Notes under the pieces: generated by a model
Databases searched by the model: none
What the model was told of the DNA's origin: nothing
The model's input: only the letters and a program-made list of their open reading frames with translations
Made by a program: the position numbers and the translations under genes
In this document: one piece after another, positions 1 to 8,790 of the stretch
Position numbering within the stretch: position 1 is the first letter of the stretch
Layout of the letters: every line of letters begins with the position of its first letter
Assembly: GCF_000009045.1 (NCBI RefSeq)
Contig: NC_000964.3
Span: 4,050,001 to 4,082,000 of the forward strand
Direction of reading: 5' to 3'
DNA from: Bacillus subtilis subsp. subtilis str. 168
GTDB lineage: Bacteria; Bacillota; Bacilli; Bacillales; Bacillaceae
DNA length: 32,000 bases

Positions 1-310
1 CATCAAGAGCCGCAACAAGCGGAGCGAGAACGAGCGTTGTCGTGTCGCCGACGCCGCCGGTAGAGTGTTTATCCACTTTAATTCCTTCAATGGCAGAAAG
101 ATCAATCGTTTCACCGGAGTTCACCATAGCCATCGTCAAGTCCGCGCGTTCACGGTCACTCATATCCTGGAAGAAAATCGCCATAGCAAGCGCGCTTGCC
201 TGATAATCAGGAATGCTTCCATCTGTATAGCCGTTCACAAAAAATTGAATTTCTTCAGTGGTGAGTTCTTTTCCGTTTTGTTTTTTGATGATGATATCTA
301 CCATTCTCAT
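1..310 (-). CDS. pdp: pyrimidine-nucleoside phosphorylase, first 103 codons only (3' end runs off the left window edge)
   Basis: Absent from the ORF track because no stop lies in the window. Reverse-strand ATG at 310..308 is preceded by AAAGGAtcGGTGA. My translation reads [103 protein letters not shown] and contains the KHSTGGVGD motif typical of thymidine/pyrimidine nucleoside phosphorylases. It follows nupC as in the dra-nupC-pdp operon. Confidence 0.9.
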   Translation of the reverse strand, partial: MRMVDIIIKKQNGKELTTEEIQFFVNGYTDGSIPDYQASALAMAIFFQDMSDRERADLTMAMVNSGETIDLSAIEGIKVDKHSTGGVGDTTTLVLAPLVAALD

Positions 311-339
311 GTTTGGTCACCGATCCTTTTCGATTAAGT

Positions 340-1521
340 TCAGTAAATCAAGCCCACAATTGCTGCTGATAAAAAGCTGACAAGCGTAGCACCGTATAAT
401 AATTTCAAGCCGAAACGAGCGACGACATTTCCTTGCTTTTCATTCAGTCCTTTTACGGCACCGGCAATGATTCCGATTGAGGAGAAGTTCGCAAATGACA
501 CAAGGAATACCGATACGATCGCTGTTGTACGGCCGCTGAAATGGAAACCGTTTTGCGTAAGCGACGTCATGGCGACAAATTCATTCGATACCATTTTTGT
601 TGCCATAATGCTTCCCGCATTAACAGCTTCATTCCATGGGATACCGACAAGAAAAGCGAATGGAGCAAACACATATCCAAGAATGCCTTGGAACGAAATA
701 CCGAATACTGCATTAAAAATGCCATTGATCAATGCAATAATCGCGACAAATCCAATCAGCATCGCAGCGACGACAACCGCTACTTTGAAACCGTCAAGAA
801 TGTATTCTCCGAGCACTTCGAAGAAGGATTGTTTTTCTTCTTCCTCAACACGAAGCATATCCTCTTCTTTTGCAACCTCGTACGGATTGATAATAGAAGC
901 GATAATGAAACCGCCAAATAAGTTCAAAACAAGCGCTGTTACAACATATTCCGGTTTCAGCATTGTCATATACGCACCGACAATCGACATTGATACAGTT
1001 GACATCGCAGATGCGCAAAGCGTGTACAAGCGCTGCTGATTTAAAAGACCGAGTTCTTTCTTCAAGGAGATAAATACTTCTGACTGCCCTAAAATCGCAG
1101 AAGCCACTGCGTTATACGATTCCAATCTTCCCATACCGTTTACCTTGCTGAGGGCAAGGCCGATATATCTAATGATAAACGGGAGGACTTTCCACTTTTG
1201 CAGAATCCCGATCAGAGCGGAAATAAACACGATTGGCAAGAGAACATTCATAAAGAATGTCGTTTGGTCCGCATTCACCAAGCCGCCAAACACAAAGTTA
1301 ATTCCCTCTGCCGCGTATTCAAGCAGGTAACCGAATCCTTTTGCAAATCCTCCCACGAGGAAATTCCCTATTCCGGTATTGAGGAGAATGTAGCCAAGAA
1401 TAAATTGCAAAATGAGCATAACAACAATTGGGCGGATCTTAATTCTTTTTTTGCCGCTGCTCGCGATCCACGCGAGGCCTAAAAACACGATTAAACCGAT
1501 AATCCCAATCAAATACTTCAT
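340..1521 (-). CDS. nupC: pyrimidine nucleoside:H+ symporter, concentrative nucleoside transporter (CNT/NupC) family
   Basis: 393-aa multi-pass hydrophobic ORF recognised as B. subtilis NupC. AAAGGAG lies 8 nt upstream of ATG 1521. It sits between deoC and pdp. Confidence 0.95.
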   Translation of the reverse strand: MKYLIGIIGLIVFLGLAWIASSGKKRIKIRPIVVMLILQFILGYILLNTGIGNFLVGGFAKGFGYLLEYAAEGINFVFGGLVNADQTTFFMNVLLPIVFISALIGILQKWKVLPFIIRYIGLALSKVNGMGRLESYNAVASAILGQSEVFISLKKELGLLNQQRLYTLCASAMSTVSMSIVGAYMTMLKPEYVVTALVLNLFGGFIIASIINPYEVAKEEDMLRVEEEEKQSFFEVLGEYILDGFKVAVVVAAMLIGFVAIIALINGIFNAVFGISFQGILGYVFAPFAFLVGIPWNEAVNAGSIMATKMVSNEFVAMTSLTQNGFHFSGRTTAIVSVFLVSFANFSSIGIIAGAVKGLNEKQGNVVARFGLKLLYGATLVSFLSAAIVGLIY

Positions 1522-1566
1522 ATGTGTTTCTCCTTTATTTGTATTCGCTTACAATTACTGTTTCCT

Positions 1567-1595
1567 CAGAAAACGGAAAGCAGTCTGCCTTCCGT
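1567..1595 (-). terminator. terminator-like hairpin between deoC and nupC (possible partial terminator or processing site inside the operon)
   Basis: Minus-strand RNA folds as ACGGAAGGC-agacu-GCUUUCCGU. The stem is 9 bp and includes one G.U that would be an A.C mismatch on the + strand. UUUCUG follows. The hairpin starts 6 nt after the deoC stop. Confidence 0.4.
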
Positions 1596-1601
1596 CAGCT
1601 C

Positions 1602-2273
1602 TTAATAGTTGTCTCCGCCTGATGCATTTTCTCCTTTTACGATAGAAACGCCTGCGCTGGCGCCAATTCGGCTTGCTCCGGCCTCTACCATTGTGTCTAC
1701 ATCTTCTTTCGTTCTGACGCCGCCAGATGCTTTCACGCCGATATCAGGCCCTACTGTTTTGCGCATTAAGGCGATATCTTCCTTCGTTGCGCCGCCTGTA
1801 GAAAAGCCTGTTGATGTTTTTACGAAATCCGCTCCCGCAGACACCGCTAAACGGCATGCACGTTCTTTTTCTTCATCAGTCAGAAGGCACGTTTCGATAA
1901 TGACTTTGACAAGCGCTTTTCCGGCTACAGCTTCCACTACACCGCGGATATCAGCTTCCACCACATCGTCTTCCTTGTCTTTTAAAGCGGCAATATTAAT
2001 GACCATATCCACTTCAGTGGCGCCTTTTGAAATGGCGTCTTTTGTTTCGAACGCTTTTGTTTCAGTTGTATTGGCACCGAGCGGGAAGCCGATGACCGTA
2101 CAAACGTCGACTCCAGTTCCCTTAAGCTCTTTTGCAGCAAGCTCCACCCATGTCGGATTGACACATACTGAAGCAAATTTGTATGTTTTCGCTTCTTCAA
2201 TTAGTTTTAGAATGTCCGCTTTTTGTGTATGCGGTTTCAAAGCTGTATGATCAATTATGTTGGCTAATGACAT
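1602..2273 (-). CDS. deoC: deoxyribose-phosphate aldolase (DERA, class I aldolase)
   Basis: Track ORF 1602..2282 trimmed to ATG 2273 ([10 protein letters not shown]...). AAGGAAG lies about 10 nt upstream of it, whereas the GTG at 2282 almost abuts that SD (2-nt spacer). The FVKTSTGF segment contains the Schiff-base lysine typical of DERA. Result is 223 aa. Confidence 0.95.
   Translation of the reverse strand: MSLANIIDHTALKPHTQKADILKLIEEAKTYKFASVCVNPTWVELAAKELKGTGVDVCTVIGFPLGANTTETKAFETKDAISKGATEVDMVINIAALKDKEDDVVEADIRGVVEAVAGKALVKVIIETCLLTDEEKERACRLAVSAGADFVKTSTGFSTGGATKEDIALMRKTVGPDIGVKASGGVRTKEDVDTMVEAGASRIGASAGVSIVKGENASGGDNY
2226..2239 (-). promoter_or_regulatory. candidate catabolite-responsive element (cre, CcpA/HPr-Ser-P site) inside the 5' end of deoC
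   Basis: Minus-strand TGAAACCGCATACA matches the cre consensus TGWAANCGNTNWCA at 13 of 14 positions. Glucose repression of dra-nupC-pdp is established knowledge. Confidence 0.5.
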
Positions 2274-2309
2274 CCTTCGCACACTTCCTTTTTTGTTAAG
2301 ATATTTTTT

Positions 2310-2338
2310 AGCATAACCGACTTTTGAACATATGTAAA
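2310..2338 (-). promoter_or_regulatory. sigma-A promoter of dra-nupC-pdp
   Basis: Minus strand reads TTTACA (2338..2333), a 17-nt spacer, then TATGCT (2315..2310). A TTCAAAA half-site-like element lies in the spacer. Confidence 0.65.
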
Positions 2339-2344
2339 TTGGTA

Positions 2345-2362
2345 ATTGAAATTTTGTTCAAT
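2345..2362 (-). promoter_or_regulatory. DeoR operator palindrome
   Basis: ATTGAAcaaaatTTCAAT is an inverted repeat 6 nt upstream of the -35. That places it about -42 to -59 relative to the predicted start, which matches the location I recall for the B. subtilis DeoR operator. Further TTCAAA copies lie at 2322..2328 and 2368..2374. Confidence 0.7.
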
Positions 2363-2378
2363 GAAAGGTTTGAACGTG

Positions 2379-3320
2379 TCACAAATCATTAACAAGCGCC
2401 CTCGCGGTATGCTGGTCAATGATTAAAACGTTGGCATATTTTCCGGTTAATGCTCCGTGAATGGAAGATACTTTTCTGCTTCCGCCGGCAACTAAAATGG
2501 AGCGTTCCTTCAGTCTAAGGTCTTGAAGCTCAACACCGATGGTCCGGTCATTGATGGCGCTGCTGCAAATATTCCCTTTCGCATCAAAAAAGCGTGAACA
2601 AATATCCCCGACGGCCTGTTTTTTCAGCAGGGCTTTCTCTTCTTCGTTAAAATATCCGAGCCGAAACAACAGCGCTTCATCACGGACAGTCCCGACCGTA
2701 AAGAGAGCGATATTCGCCTGCTTGCCCATCTCAATGATCCGTTCAATATGACGGTCTTTCTCCACCATTCGCTTCACATCCGCATTATCAAACACGACGG
2801 GAAGCGGGAGATAGCGCGGCATCGTTTGAAAAGCCTCTGCAAACAGCTGAATCGTTTCAGCCGAATACGTGTTTACCCGGGAATGGCTGATGCCGCCTTT
2901 CAGCTGGACGACCTCGACGCCTTTTACCTGCTTCGGCTGCATGTTTTGCGCGATTTGATACATGGTGGTTCCCCAGCTGACGCCGACAATGTCGCCGTCT
3001 TTTACCGTTTCATGCATATATTCTGCACCATAGCGGCTTAGGTCATGTGTAATTCCTGCATAATCGGGTGTCGGGGAAAACACAACATGCGCCTCAAGGA
3101 GCCCGTATTTCTCTTCAAGTATGGAACCGAGCGCATCCAAATCCTCAAAAGGGTCCATGACGCGAATCTGGACATACCCTTTTTCCTTTGCATATTGCAG
3201 CAGCCGGGAAACGGTTGGCCTTGAAATGTTGAGCTGCTCAGCAATTTGCTGCTGACTGTAGTCAGACTGATAGTAAAGCCTTGCCGCTTCTATGCTTAAT
3301 TGCTGTTTTTCCCGATCCAT
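2379..3320 (-). CDS. deoR: deoxyribonucleoside regulator DeoR (SorC-family repressor: N-terminal HTH plus sugar-phosphate-binding domain)
   Basis: 313-aa ORF with HTH segment QQIAEQLNISRPTVSRLL followed by a SorC-type effector domain. It lies directly upstream of the dra operon on the same strand. Confidence 0.95.
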   Translation of the reverse strand: MDREKQQLSIEAARLYYQSDYSQQQIAEQLNISRPTVSRLLQYAKEKGYVQIRVMDPFEDLDALGSILEEKYGLLEAHVVFSPTPDYAGITHDLSRYGAEYMHETVKDGDIVGVSWGTTMYQIAQNMQPKQVKGVEVVQLKGGISHSRVNTYSAETIQLFAEAFQTMPRYLPLPVVFDNADVKRMVEKDRHIERIIEMGKQANIALFTVGTVRDEALLFRLGYFNEEEKALLKKQAVGDICSRFFDAKGNICSSAINDRTIGVELQDLRLKERSILVAGGSRKVSSIHGALTGKYANVLIIDQHTARALVNDL

Positions 3321-3420
3321 TCTGCACCTCCCTGTGGATCAGTCCTGATAAAACTGCTTTTGATTTGCTTTTATTATACAGGCTGGCGCCGGCTTTCATC
3401 CACCTGATTTCTAAGAAACT

Positions 3421-3453
3421 GAAAAACGCTCTGGGCGCGGACCTGCCCAGAGC
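3421..3453 (-). terminator. rho-independent terminator of yxxB
   Basis: GCUCUGGGC-N8-GCCCAGAGC forms a 9-bp GC-rich stem (3428..3436 / 3445..3453) abutting the yxxB stop. On the minus strand it is followed by GUUUUUCAGUUUCUU. Confidence 0.8.
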
Positions 3454-4281
3454 TTACTTCTCCCAAGTCATATGCTGATAAATGCCTTTCATAATGGCGT
3501 ACATTCCATATAGGATCAGGCCTAATGCCAATATAGACAGAATCAATTTGCCATGCGGCTGCTGCGCGAGTTCTGCGAGCGCGCCGTCAAAGCCTCTTGT
3601 GTCGTCGGGATCAGCGGTCATGGCTGTCTTGATGAGAAAATAGCCGATAGCCGAGAAAATAATGGCCCGGGCGATATTGCCTGCGCGTCCTGTGTTTTTC
3701 GTGATGCATATCATCTGTTTGTTCATTTTTGATGTATCGAATTCTTTCATAAAAGCAGCCCGAACGCCTTTCATAAATTGAACAATCGCAAATACGATAA
3801 AACCCGCACCCGTAAGCCCTGTGAGCCATTGGCCGAACGGCTGCGCCAATACATAAGCGGACCACGTCTGTTCTGAAGTGCCGCCGTCCCCTTGGCCAAA
3901 CACAAATCGCAAGGCATTCCAAGCGATGGATGTGTAAACAGCGGCACTGAAAAAGTTTCCTATTCTCCGCGACAGGCCTCGCCTGCTGTTTCCGTGCCCC
4001 TCCGTGTCCTTGATCGCGCTTAACACCATCCAGATCACATAGCCGATAAGGCCGATGCCTATAAAAAAAAGCAATAGTGACCCATACGGCATGCGTGATA
4101 GCGTTTGGAGAGCTCCGCTCGAATCTTTGGCGCGGCCTGCCCCGGCAGCCGTCATAAAAGCCAAAACCCCAAGCAGAATAAAAACGCCGCCGAATGCAAA
4201 ATAACCAAGCCTCCCGAATCGTTTGATCCAAGGCTTGGTTTCCTGTTTTATTTTTGACATGTACCGGTCTTTCACCGCCAT
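3454..4281 (-). CDS. yxxB: integral membrane protein of unknown function, DUF1206-type (three repeats of a two-helix unit)
   Basis: 275-aa ORF with AGAGGG 8 nt upstream of ATG 4281. It has six hydrophobic helices arranged as three similar pairs: RLGYFAFGGVFILLGV.../RIGNFFSAAVYTSIAW.../RAGNIARAIIFSAIGY... An alternative start at Met8 is not excluded. Confidence 0.85.
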   Translation of the reverse strand: MAVKDRYMSKIKQETKPWIKRFGRLGYFAFGGVFILLGVLAFMTAAGAGRAKDSSGALQTLSRMPYGSLLLFFIGIGLIGYVIWMVLSAIKDTEGHGNSRRGLSRRIGNFFSAAVYTSIAWNALRFVFGQGDGGTSEQTWSAYVLAQPFGQWLTGLTGAGFIVFAIVQFMKGVRAAFMKEFDTSKMNKQMICITKNTGRAGNIARAIIFSAIGYFLIKTAMTADPDDTRGFDGALAELAQQPHGKLILSILALGLILYGMYAIMKGIYQHMTWEK

Positions 4282-4353
4282 GTGTCCAACCCTCTTTCAC
4301 AGAAATCTTTACTGTAACATTCCCGATTGAACAAAGTTGAAACAGCTCCTGCC

Positions 4354-5466
4354 TCAGCTATGGCTGGCTGAGATACGTTTTTGCTGTTTAGCTGATTGTG
4401 CAGGTGTCATCCAAGCAGCCGCTGCGGCAGCTGTGACTCCGCCTGCTAATTTCCCAATGATCATGGCCGCCGCCATTTCTTTTTTCATTCCAGCTACAAA
4501 ACCGAGATGGCTGCCGAGTACAAAGGCGCCGCTGACCGCAAACGCGACATTGATGACCTTTCCTCTCGGCGTCATATCCTTTAATGAAGCCAGCATTGGG
4601 ATATGATGCGCCAAAGAGGTCACTAAGCCTGCTGTTGCTGTCTCATCTAAATGAAGGCATTTCCCCAGAGCCTGAAGCGGTTTTTTAAAGGTTTTTGTAA
4701 TAAATGCCGTCATCGGGAACGCCCCTGCCAGAGCAATGGCGATGGTCCCTGTCGTTTGTATCCCTGTCTCGACATTCTCCATTCCCGGAATCAGCACAAT
4801 GCCGGTCATCGTTTCAACAGAAACAGCTGCAAGCCCGATAATCGCAACCATACTGACCGCTTTCCCGAAGAGATGAAACAACTGAATCATTCTGTCGGTG
4901 TATCGCCATAACCCAAAAGCGATGACAGCAGATAACAGACTCGGGATCAGAAGATTTTTACCTATCATGCCGATGTCAAAGCCTGCGCATAATCCGCCGA
5001 TTAAGCAACCGATCGGCACTGTGCACAGCCCGATTAATATGCCTTTCGCAAAATACGGATGATCCTCTTTTTCGATGATGCCAAGAGCGACGGGAATCGT
5101 GAAGACGATTGCCGGCCCCATCATTGTTCCTAAAAACACCCATGAAAACAGCCCGGCCTGCGGATCTTTCGCCATTTCTCCAGCCAGCGCATATCCTCCC
5201 ATATCAATCGCCAAAATGGTGTTCGCAAAGGAAGAAGGATCCGCGCCAATCGCTGTGTAAAACGGAGCAACAATGGGAATCAAGATTGCTGCCAGCACGG
5301 GCGCCAGCGATACAATTCCGATCATGGACAGCGCCAGCGGCCCCATAGCCTTAAAGCCGTCCGCAAACCGCTCGCCTAGCCCCCATCTGTTTCCCAAACA
5401 ATAATCCGCTGCTCCCCATAGTAAAAAGGCAGCCAAAATGAATACAACCGCGTCATTCACCGTCAT
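4354..5466 (-). CDS. yxeR: EutH-family (ethanolamine-utilisation-type) membrane permease
   Basis: Track ORF 4354..5520 trimmed to ATG 5466 (MTVNDAVVFIL...), which has AAAAGGAGAAAAC immediately upstream. Result is 370 aa, polytopic, recognised as the B. subtilis YxeR/EutH homologue. Confidence 0.9.
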   Translation of the reverse strand: MTVNDAVVFILAAFLLWGAADYCLGNRWGLGERFADGFKAMGPLALSMIGIVSLAPVLAAILIPIVAPFYTAIGADPSSFANTILAIDMGGYALAGEMAKDPQAGLFSWVFLGTMMGPAIVFTIPVALGIIEKEDHPYFAKGILIGLCTVPIGCLIGGLCAGFDIGMIGKNLLIPSLLSAVIAFGLWRYTDRMIQLFHLFGKAVSMVAIIGLAAVSVETMTGIVLIPGMENVETGIQTTGTIAIALAGAFPMTAFITKTFKKPLQALGKCLHLDETATAGLVTSLAHHIPMLASLKDMTPRGKVINVAFAVSGAFVLGSHLGFVAGMKKEMAAAMIIGKLAGGVTAAAAAAWMTPAQSAKQQKRISASHS

Positions 5467-5535
5467 GGTTTTCTCCTTTTTCAAACGTATGATTGGTTTT
5501 ATCATATCATCTGAAATCACCGAATAGAGTTGATC

Positions 5536-6873
5536 TTATTCAATATGAGCTAAAAATTCTTTTATATCGGCTTTTTCAACGGCTGTTATAATGCGTCGCG
5601 CTTTTTCTTGCGGGACCGTTAATGTCAATTTTTCTATTATGTCTTCTTCAGACAGCTCATTTCCTGGTGCCCCTTTTGGGCAGTCCACACGCGCTTCGCA
5701 AATCCGGCCGTCTGATAAATAGGCCCGGACAATCGTGAAACGGCCTTTTGGAACGGCATGAGGAGCCGGCTGAATAGCATTGTCATATACGCGCTGAATT
5801 CGCCCCATTGTCGTTTGAACCCCGTTTGGGATCGGCTGGCTGCTGAAATGTTCAACGGTCAGGCCGTGTCCATGCAAAGCAAGAGCAATCACATATTCAA
5901 CGCTGAAACGGCCTTCCTCTCCAGCTTTTGGAGATCTTTCCGTCAATGCAGCATCTCCGCCTGGCGGAAATATCACTTCAATACGTTCGGTATTGGCAGC
6001 AGAAATGGTTTCTTCGGAGATAAGCTGTCGTACCGCATCTGCAGCATGGTGTGCCGCGGAACAAAATGGATAGATTTTAAACCATAGACCCGGCTGCACA
6101 ATTCTCCACGGTGCCCCCCAATCGTTTAGCAAAGTGTGTTGTGCTTTCTCAACGTCACCGTACAGACTGAAGAAACCAGTTTCTCCATCAAGTGCCGTGC
6201 GGGACCCGCCAAATTCTGATTGGGCCAGCTTAACGGCCAGCAAGCCAGCCTGAGCCGCCAAACCGGCGTGCAGCGGTTTCATTTCTGTTCCAAATTGCAC
6301 CCTCATCCCAGCAGATTGCGTAGCCGCAAAACCAATTGCTTTTTCCAACTCTTCCTGAGTCAGCTCCTCAGCATAACCTACGGCGCAGGCAGCAGCGATG
6401 GCACCAAGCGTACCTGTATTATGCCAGCCCTTCTCATAGTGGCGGCTGCCAATTGATTCTCCCAGCCGTGCCATCACTTCAACACCAACAACATAAGCGC
6501 CAAGAAGCCGCTCGTCATGTCCGCGAGCGGCAGAAGCAATAAGGGCCGGTACGATGACTGCACTGGGGTGTCCTCTTACATCGGAGTGGACATCATCAAA
6601 ATCCAATGCATGGGCGATAAATCCATTGAGCATCGCGGATTGTAATGGCGCGGCCTTTTTGCCCTGTCCGATAACAGGAACAAGGGGCCGGCCTCCTTCA
6701 TCCTCTATCAGACGGAGGAGCTTTTGAATTCCTTTATCTTCTCTTCCTGCGAATGAAGCGGCAGTAAAATCAAGTAATCCCTTTTTTGCTTCGTGAATCG
6801 CGTCAACTGAATGCTCAGGTTGTGACGTTCTCACAGCCTCTGCAAGACCTGCTGTCAGCCCTTGTTTGCTCAT
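5536..6873 (-). CDS. yxeQ: MmgE/PrpD-family protein (2-methylcitrate-dehydratase-like fold), substrate unknown
   Basis: 445-aa ORF recognised as YxeQ. Its ATG overlaps the yxeP stop as ATGA (6873..6870). Confidence 0.9.
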
Positions 6874-8012
6874 TTGATGGTCTCCAATACAATAACCGCC
6901 AGCTCCGCAAAGTATTGAGAGGCAACCGTAAGGGCTTCTTCATCCAGTGTAAAGGCCGGATGATGCCACTCCTCCGTCCCGTTCGTTCCCATCCAGACAA
7001 AAAATCCCGGAATCTTCTCTTGATACAGAGCGAAGTCTTCTCCGCCCGGAGACTGCTCAGCGTGAACGGTTTGATAGCCAAGCCGTGCCGCAGCTTCGGA
7101 TGCCGCATTCAAAAATGTGCCGTCATTCTGAACGGAAGGCAAATAAGGAAACCACTTGAATTCTGCTTGTGCCCCATAGCCCGCTGCAATTCCTTCAGCC
7201 ACTCGTCTCATATGCTCGGGAACAGCCTGCCTCGCTTCTTTTTGAAAGGTTCGAACCGTCCCCTCCATTTCAGCTTGGTCTGGAATTACGTTCCACGAGG
7301 TGCCCGCCTGTACTCTTGTGATACTGACGACTGCGTTTTGCAGTGAGCTGATATTGCGGCTGACCACAGATTGCAGCCCGCTGATGATTTGTCCGGCTGC
7401 AGCGATTGGATCAATACTGTTATTTGGGATGCCGGCGTGCCCGCCTTTCCCTTTGATGACGATCTCAAATCGGTCAACACTTGCCATGAGCGGACCTTCC
7501 TTTACACCAATGGTCCCGACAGGCAGATCCGGCTTATTGTGCATGCCGAAAATCGCAGAAACGCCATTAAGTACGCCAGCTTCTAGAACCTTTCTTGCTC
7601 CTGCGGCAATTTCTTCGGCCGGCTGAAAGATAAAGCGGACTGTACCTTTCAGCTCGGCCCTTCTTTGATTCAGCAACATCGCTGTGCCAATAATAGAAGC
7701 AGTATGAAAATCGTGTCCGCACGCATGCATTGTGCCATCAACCTTAGATGCAAATGGAAGATTCGTCTGTTCTTGGATCGGGAGCGCGTCAATGTCCGCT
7801 CGTATTGCTATCACGGGGCCGTCTTCCCGTCCTTTGATTTCTGCAATCACACCAGTCTTCAATTGAGGGACATCAAGTATTTCGATTTGCTCCTCCTCAA
7901 GCCAACGGCGGATTTTTTTCGTCGTTTCAACCTCTTGAAATGACAGTTCAGGATGTTCATGAAGATCACGCCGCATATTGATTAAACGGGTATGAAACGC
8001 TTTGTCGGCCAT
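6870..8012 (-). CDS. yxeP: M20-family amidohydrolase / N-acyl-amino-acid deacylase
   Basis: Track ORF 6870..8099 trimmed to ATG 8012 ([25 protein letters not shown]...), which has GGGGAGAAG upstream. Result is 380 aa. The HACGHD metal-binding motif is typical of the hippurate hydrolase/aminoacylase (M20D) group. Confidence 0.93.
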
Positions 8013-8028
8013 TGTTCTTCTCCCCTTC

Positions 8029-8778
8029 TTATATAAGCTCTGCAGGCTCTCCCACCTGCTTGATAAATCGTTTCGTCCGTTCGTTTTTCGGATGGTCAAA
8101 CAGTTCCTCTGGCGTTCCCTGCTCGATAATATGGCCGTCTGCCATAAAAATCACTTGATCAGCAACCTCTTTTGCAAACGCCATTTCGTGTGTAACAATG
8201 ATCATCGTTGTTTGTTTTTCCGCAATGGACTTGATGACCTGAAGCACCCCTGTGACGAGCTCAGGGTCAAGCGCTGACGTTGGTTCATCCAGCAAAATCG
8301 CATGCGGATTGACCGCAAGCGCCCGCGCAATGCCGATTCGCTGCTGCTGGCCGCCGGACATTGTGATTGGATAGCTGTCAGCCTTATGCTCCAGACCGAC
8401 TTGTTTCAGAATCTCCATTCCAATACGTTTCGCTTCGTCGCGTGGTTTATGTTGAGCCACGATTAAAGCTTCTGTAATGTTTTGCAGAGCCGTTTTATTT
8501 TTAAACAGATTGTAGTTTTGAAAGACCATGGCCGTTTGCTGGCGAAGCCGATGTGCTTCCTTGCGTGTAAACTTTTCCGCATTCAGTTTGGCTTCTCCGA
8601 TTTCAATAAGGCCTTGATCCGGACGCTCTAATAGATTTAAGCACCGGAGAAGCGTTGATTTTCCGGAACCGGACGGACCGATGATTGCCACCACTTCTCC
8701 GCGTTTCACTTCTAGATCGATTCCGTCGAGCACGACGAGATCTTTAAACGCTTTGCGAATATTTTTTACTGTTATCAA
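8029..8778 (-). CDS. yxeO: polar-amino-acid ABC transporter ATP-binding protein
   Basis: 249 aa. Walker [13 protein letters not shown] signature MSGGQQQR, Walker [12 protein letters not shown]. Confidence 0.95.
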   Translation of the reverse strand: MITVKNIRKAFKDLVVLDGIDLEVKRGEVVAIIGPSGSGKSTLLRCLNLLERPDQGLIEIGEAKLNAEKFTRKEAHRLRQQTAMVFQNYNLFKNKTALQNITEALIVAQHKPRDEAKRIGMEILKQVGLEHKADSYPITMSGGQQQRIGIARALAVNPHAILLDEPTSALDPELVTGVLQVIKSIAEKQTTMIIVTHEMAFAKEVADQVIFMADGHIIEQGTPEELFDHPKNERTKRFIKQVGEPAELI

Positions 8779-8790
8779 CTGATTTCACCT

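Noticed and set aside
1609-2250. 213-aa + strand ORF antisense to deoC. Similar long antisense ORFs lie at 467..1039, 6786..7346, 28371..28874 and 30334..30864.
   Set aside because: Each lies entirely inside a confidently identified minus-strand gene and lacks a Shine-Dalgarno. Their compositions are Ser/Pro/Ala/Arg-rich and low in complexity, typical of the antisense frame of a real gene.
2273-2282. N-terminal extensions of 13 track ORFs: deoC, yxeR, yxeP, yxeF, yxeE, yxeD, yxeB, yxdM, yxdL, iolJ, iolI, iolF, iolD.
   Set aside because: In each case an internal ATG/GTG lies 6-10 nt downstream of a clear GGAGG-like SD and gives the protein length I recall for the B. subtilis orthologue. The upstream start has no SD or would overlap the preceding gene or promoter.
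4063-4070. A8 homopolymer (T8 in the coding sense, encoding LFF) inside yxxB as a possible slippage or phase-variation tract.
   Set aside because: The run is short, the reading frame is intact, and poly-T encoding Phe is common in membrane-protein genes of AT-leaning genomes. Nothing else suggests phase variation.
3611-4300. 229-aa same-strand alternative-frame ORF overlapping yxxB.
   Set aside because: The translation is Arg/Cys/His-rich with no domain-like or hydrophobic pattern. The other frame gives six clean TM helices with an internal triplication and a proper RBS.
4282-4353. Possible terminator after yxeR: CTCAGC-N8-GCTGAG overlapping the stop codon.
   Set aside because: The stem is only 6 bp and no U-tract follows (next bases are GCAGGAGCUG). 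This is not convincing as an intrinsic terminator, so it is left uncalled.
4354-5466. EutH homologue as evidence for an ethanolamine-utilisation or microcompartment locus.
   Set aside because: No eutB/eutC lyase, shell-protein, eutA, eutV/W or related gene lies anywhere in the 32 kb. Only the permease homologue is present.
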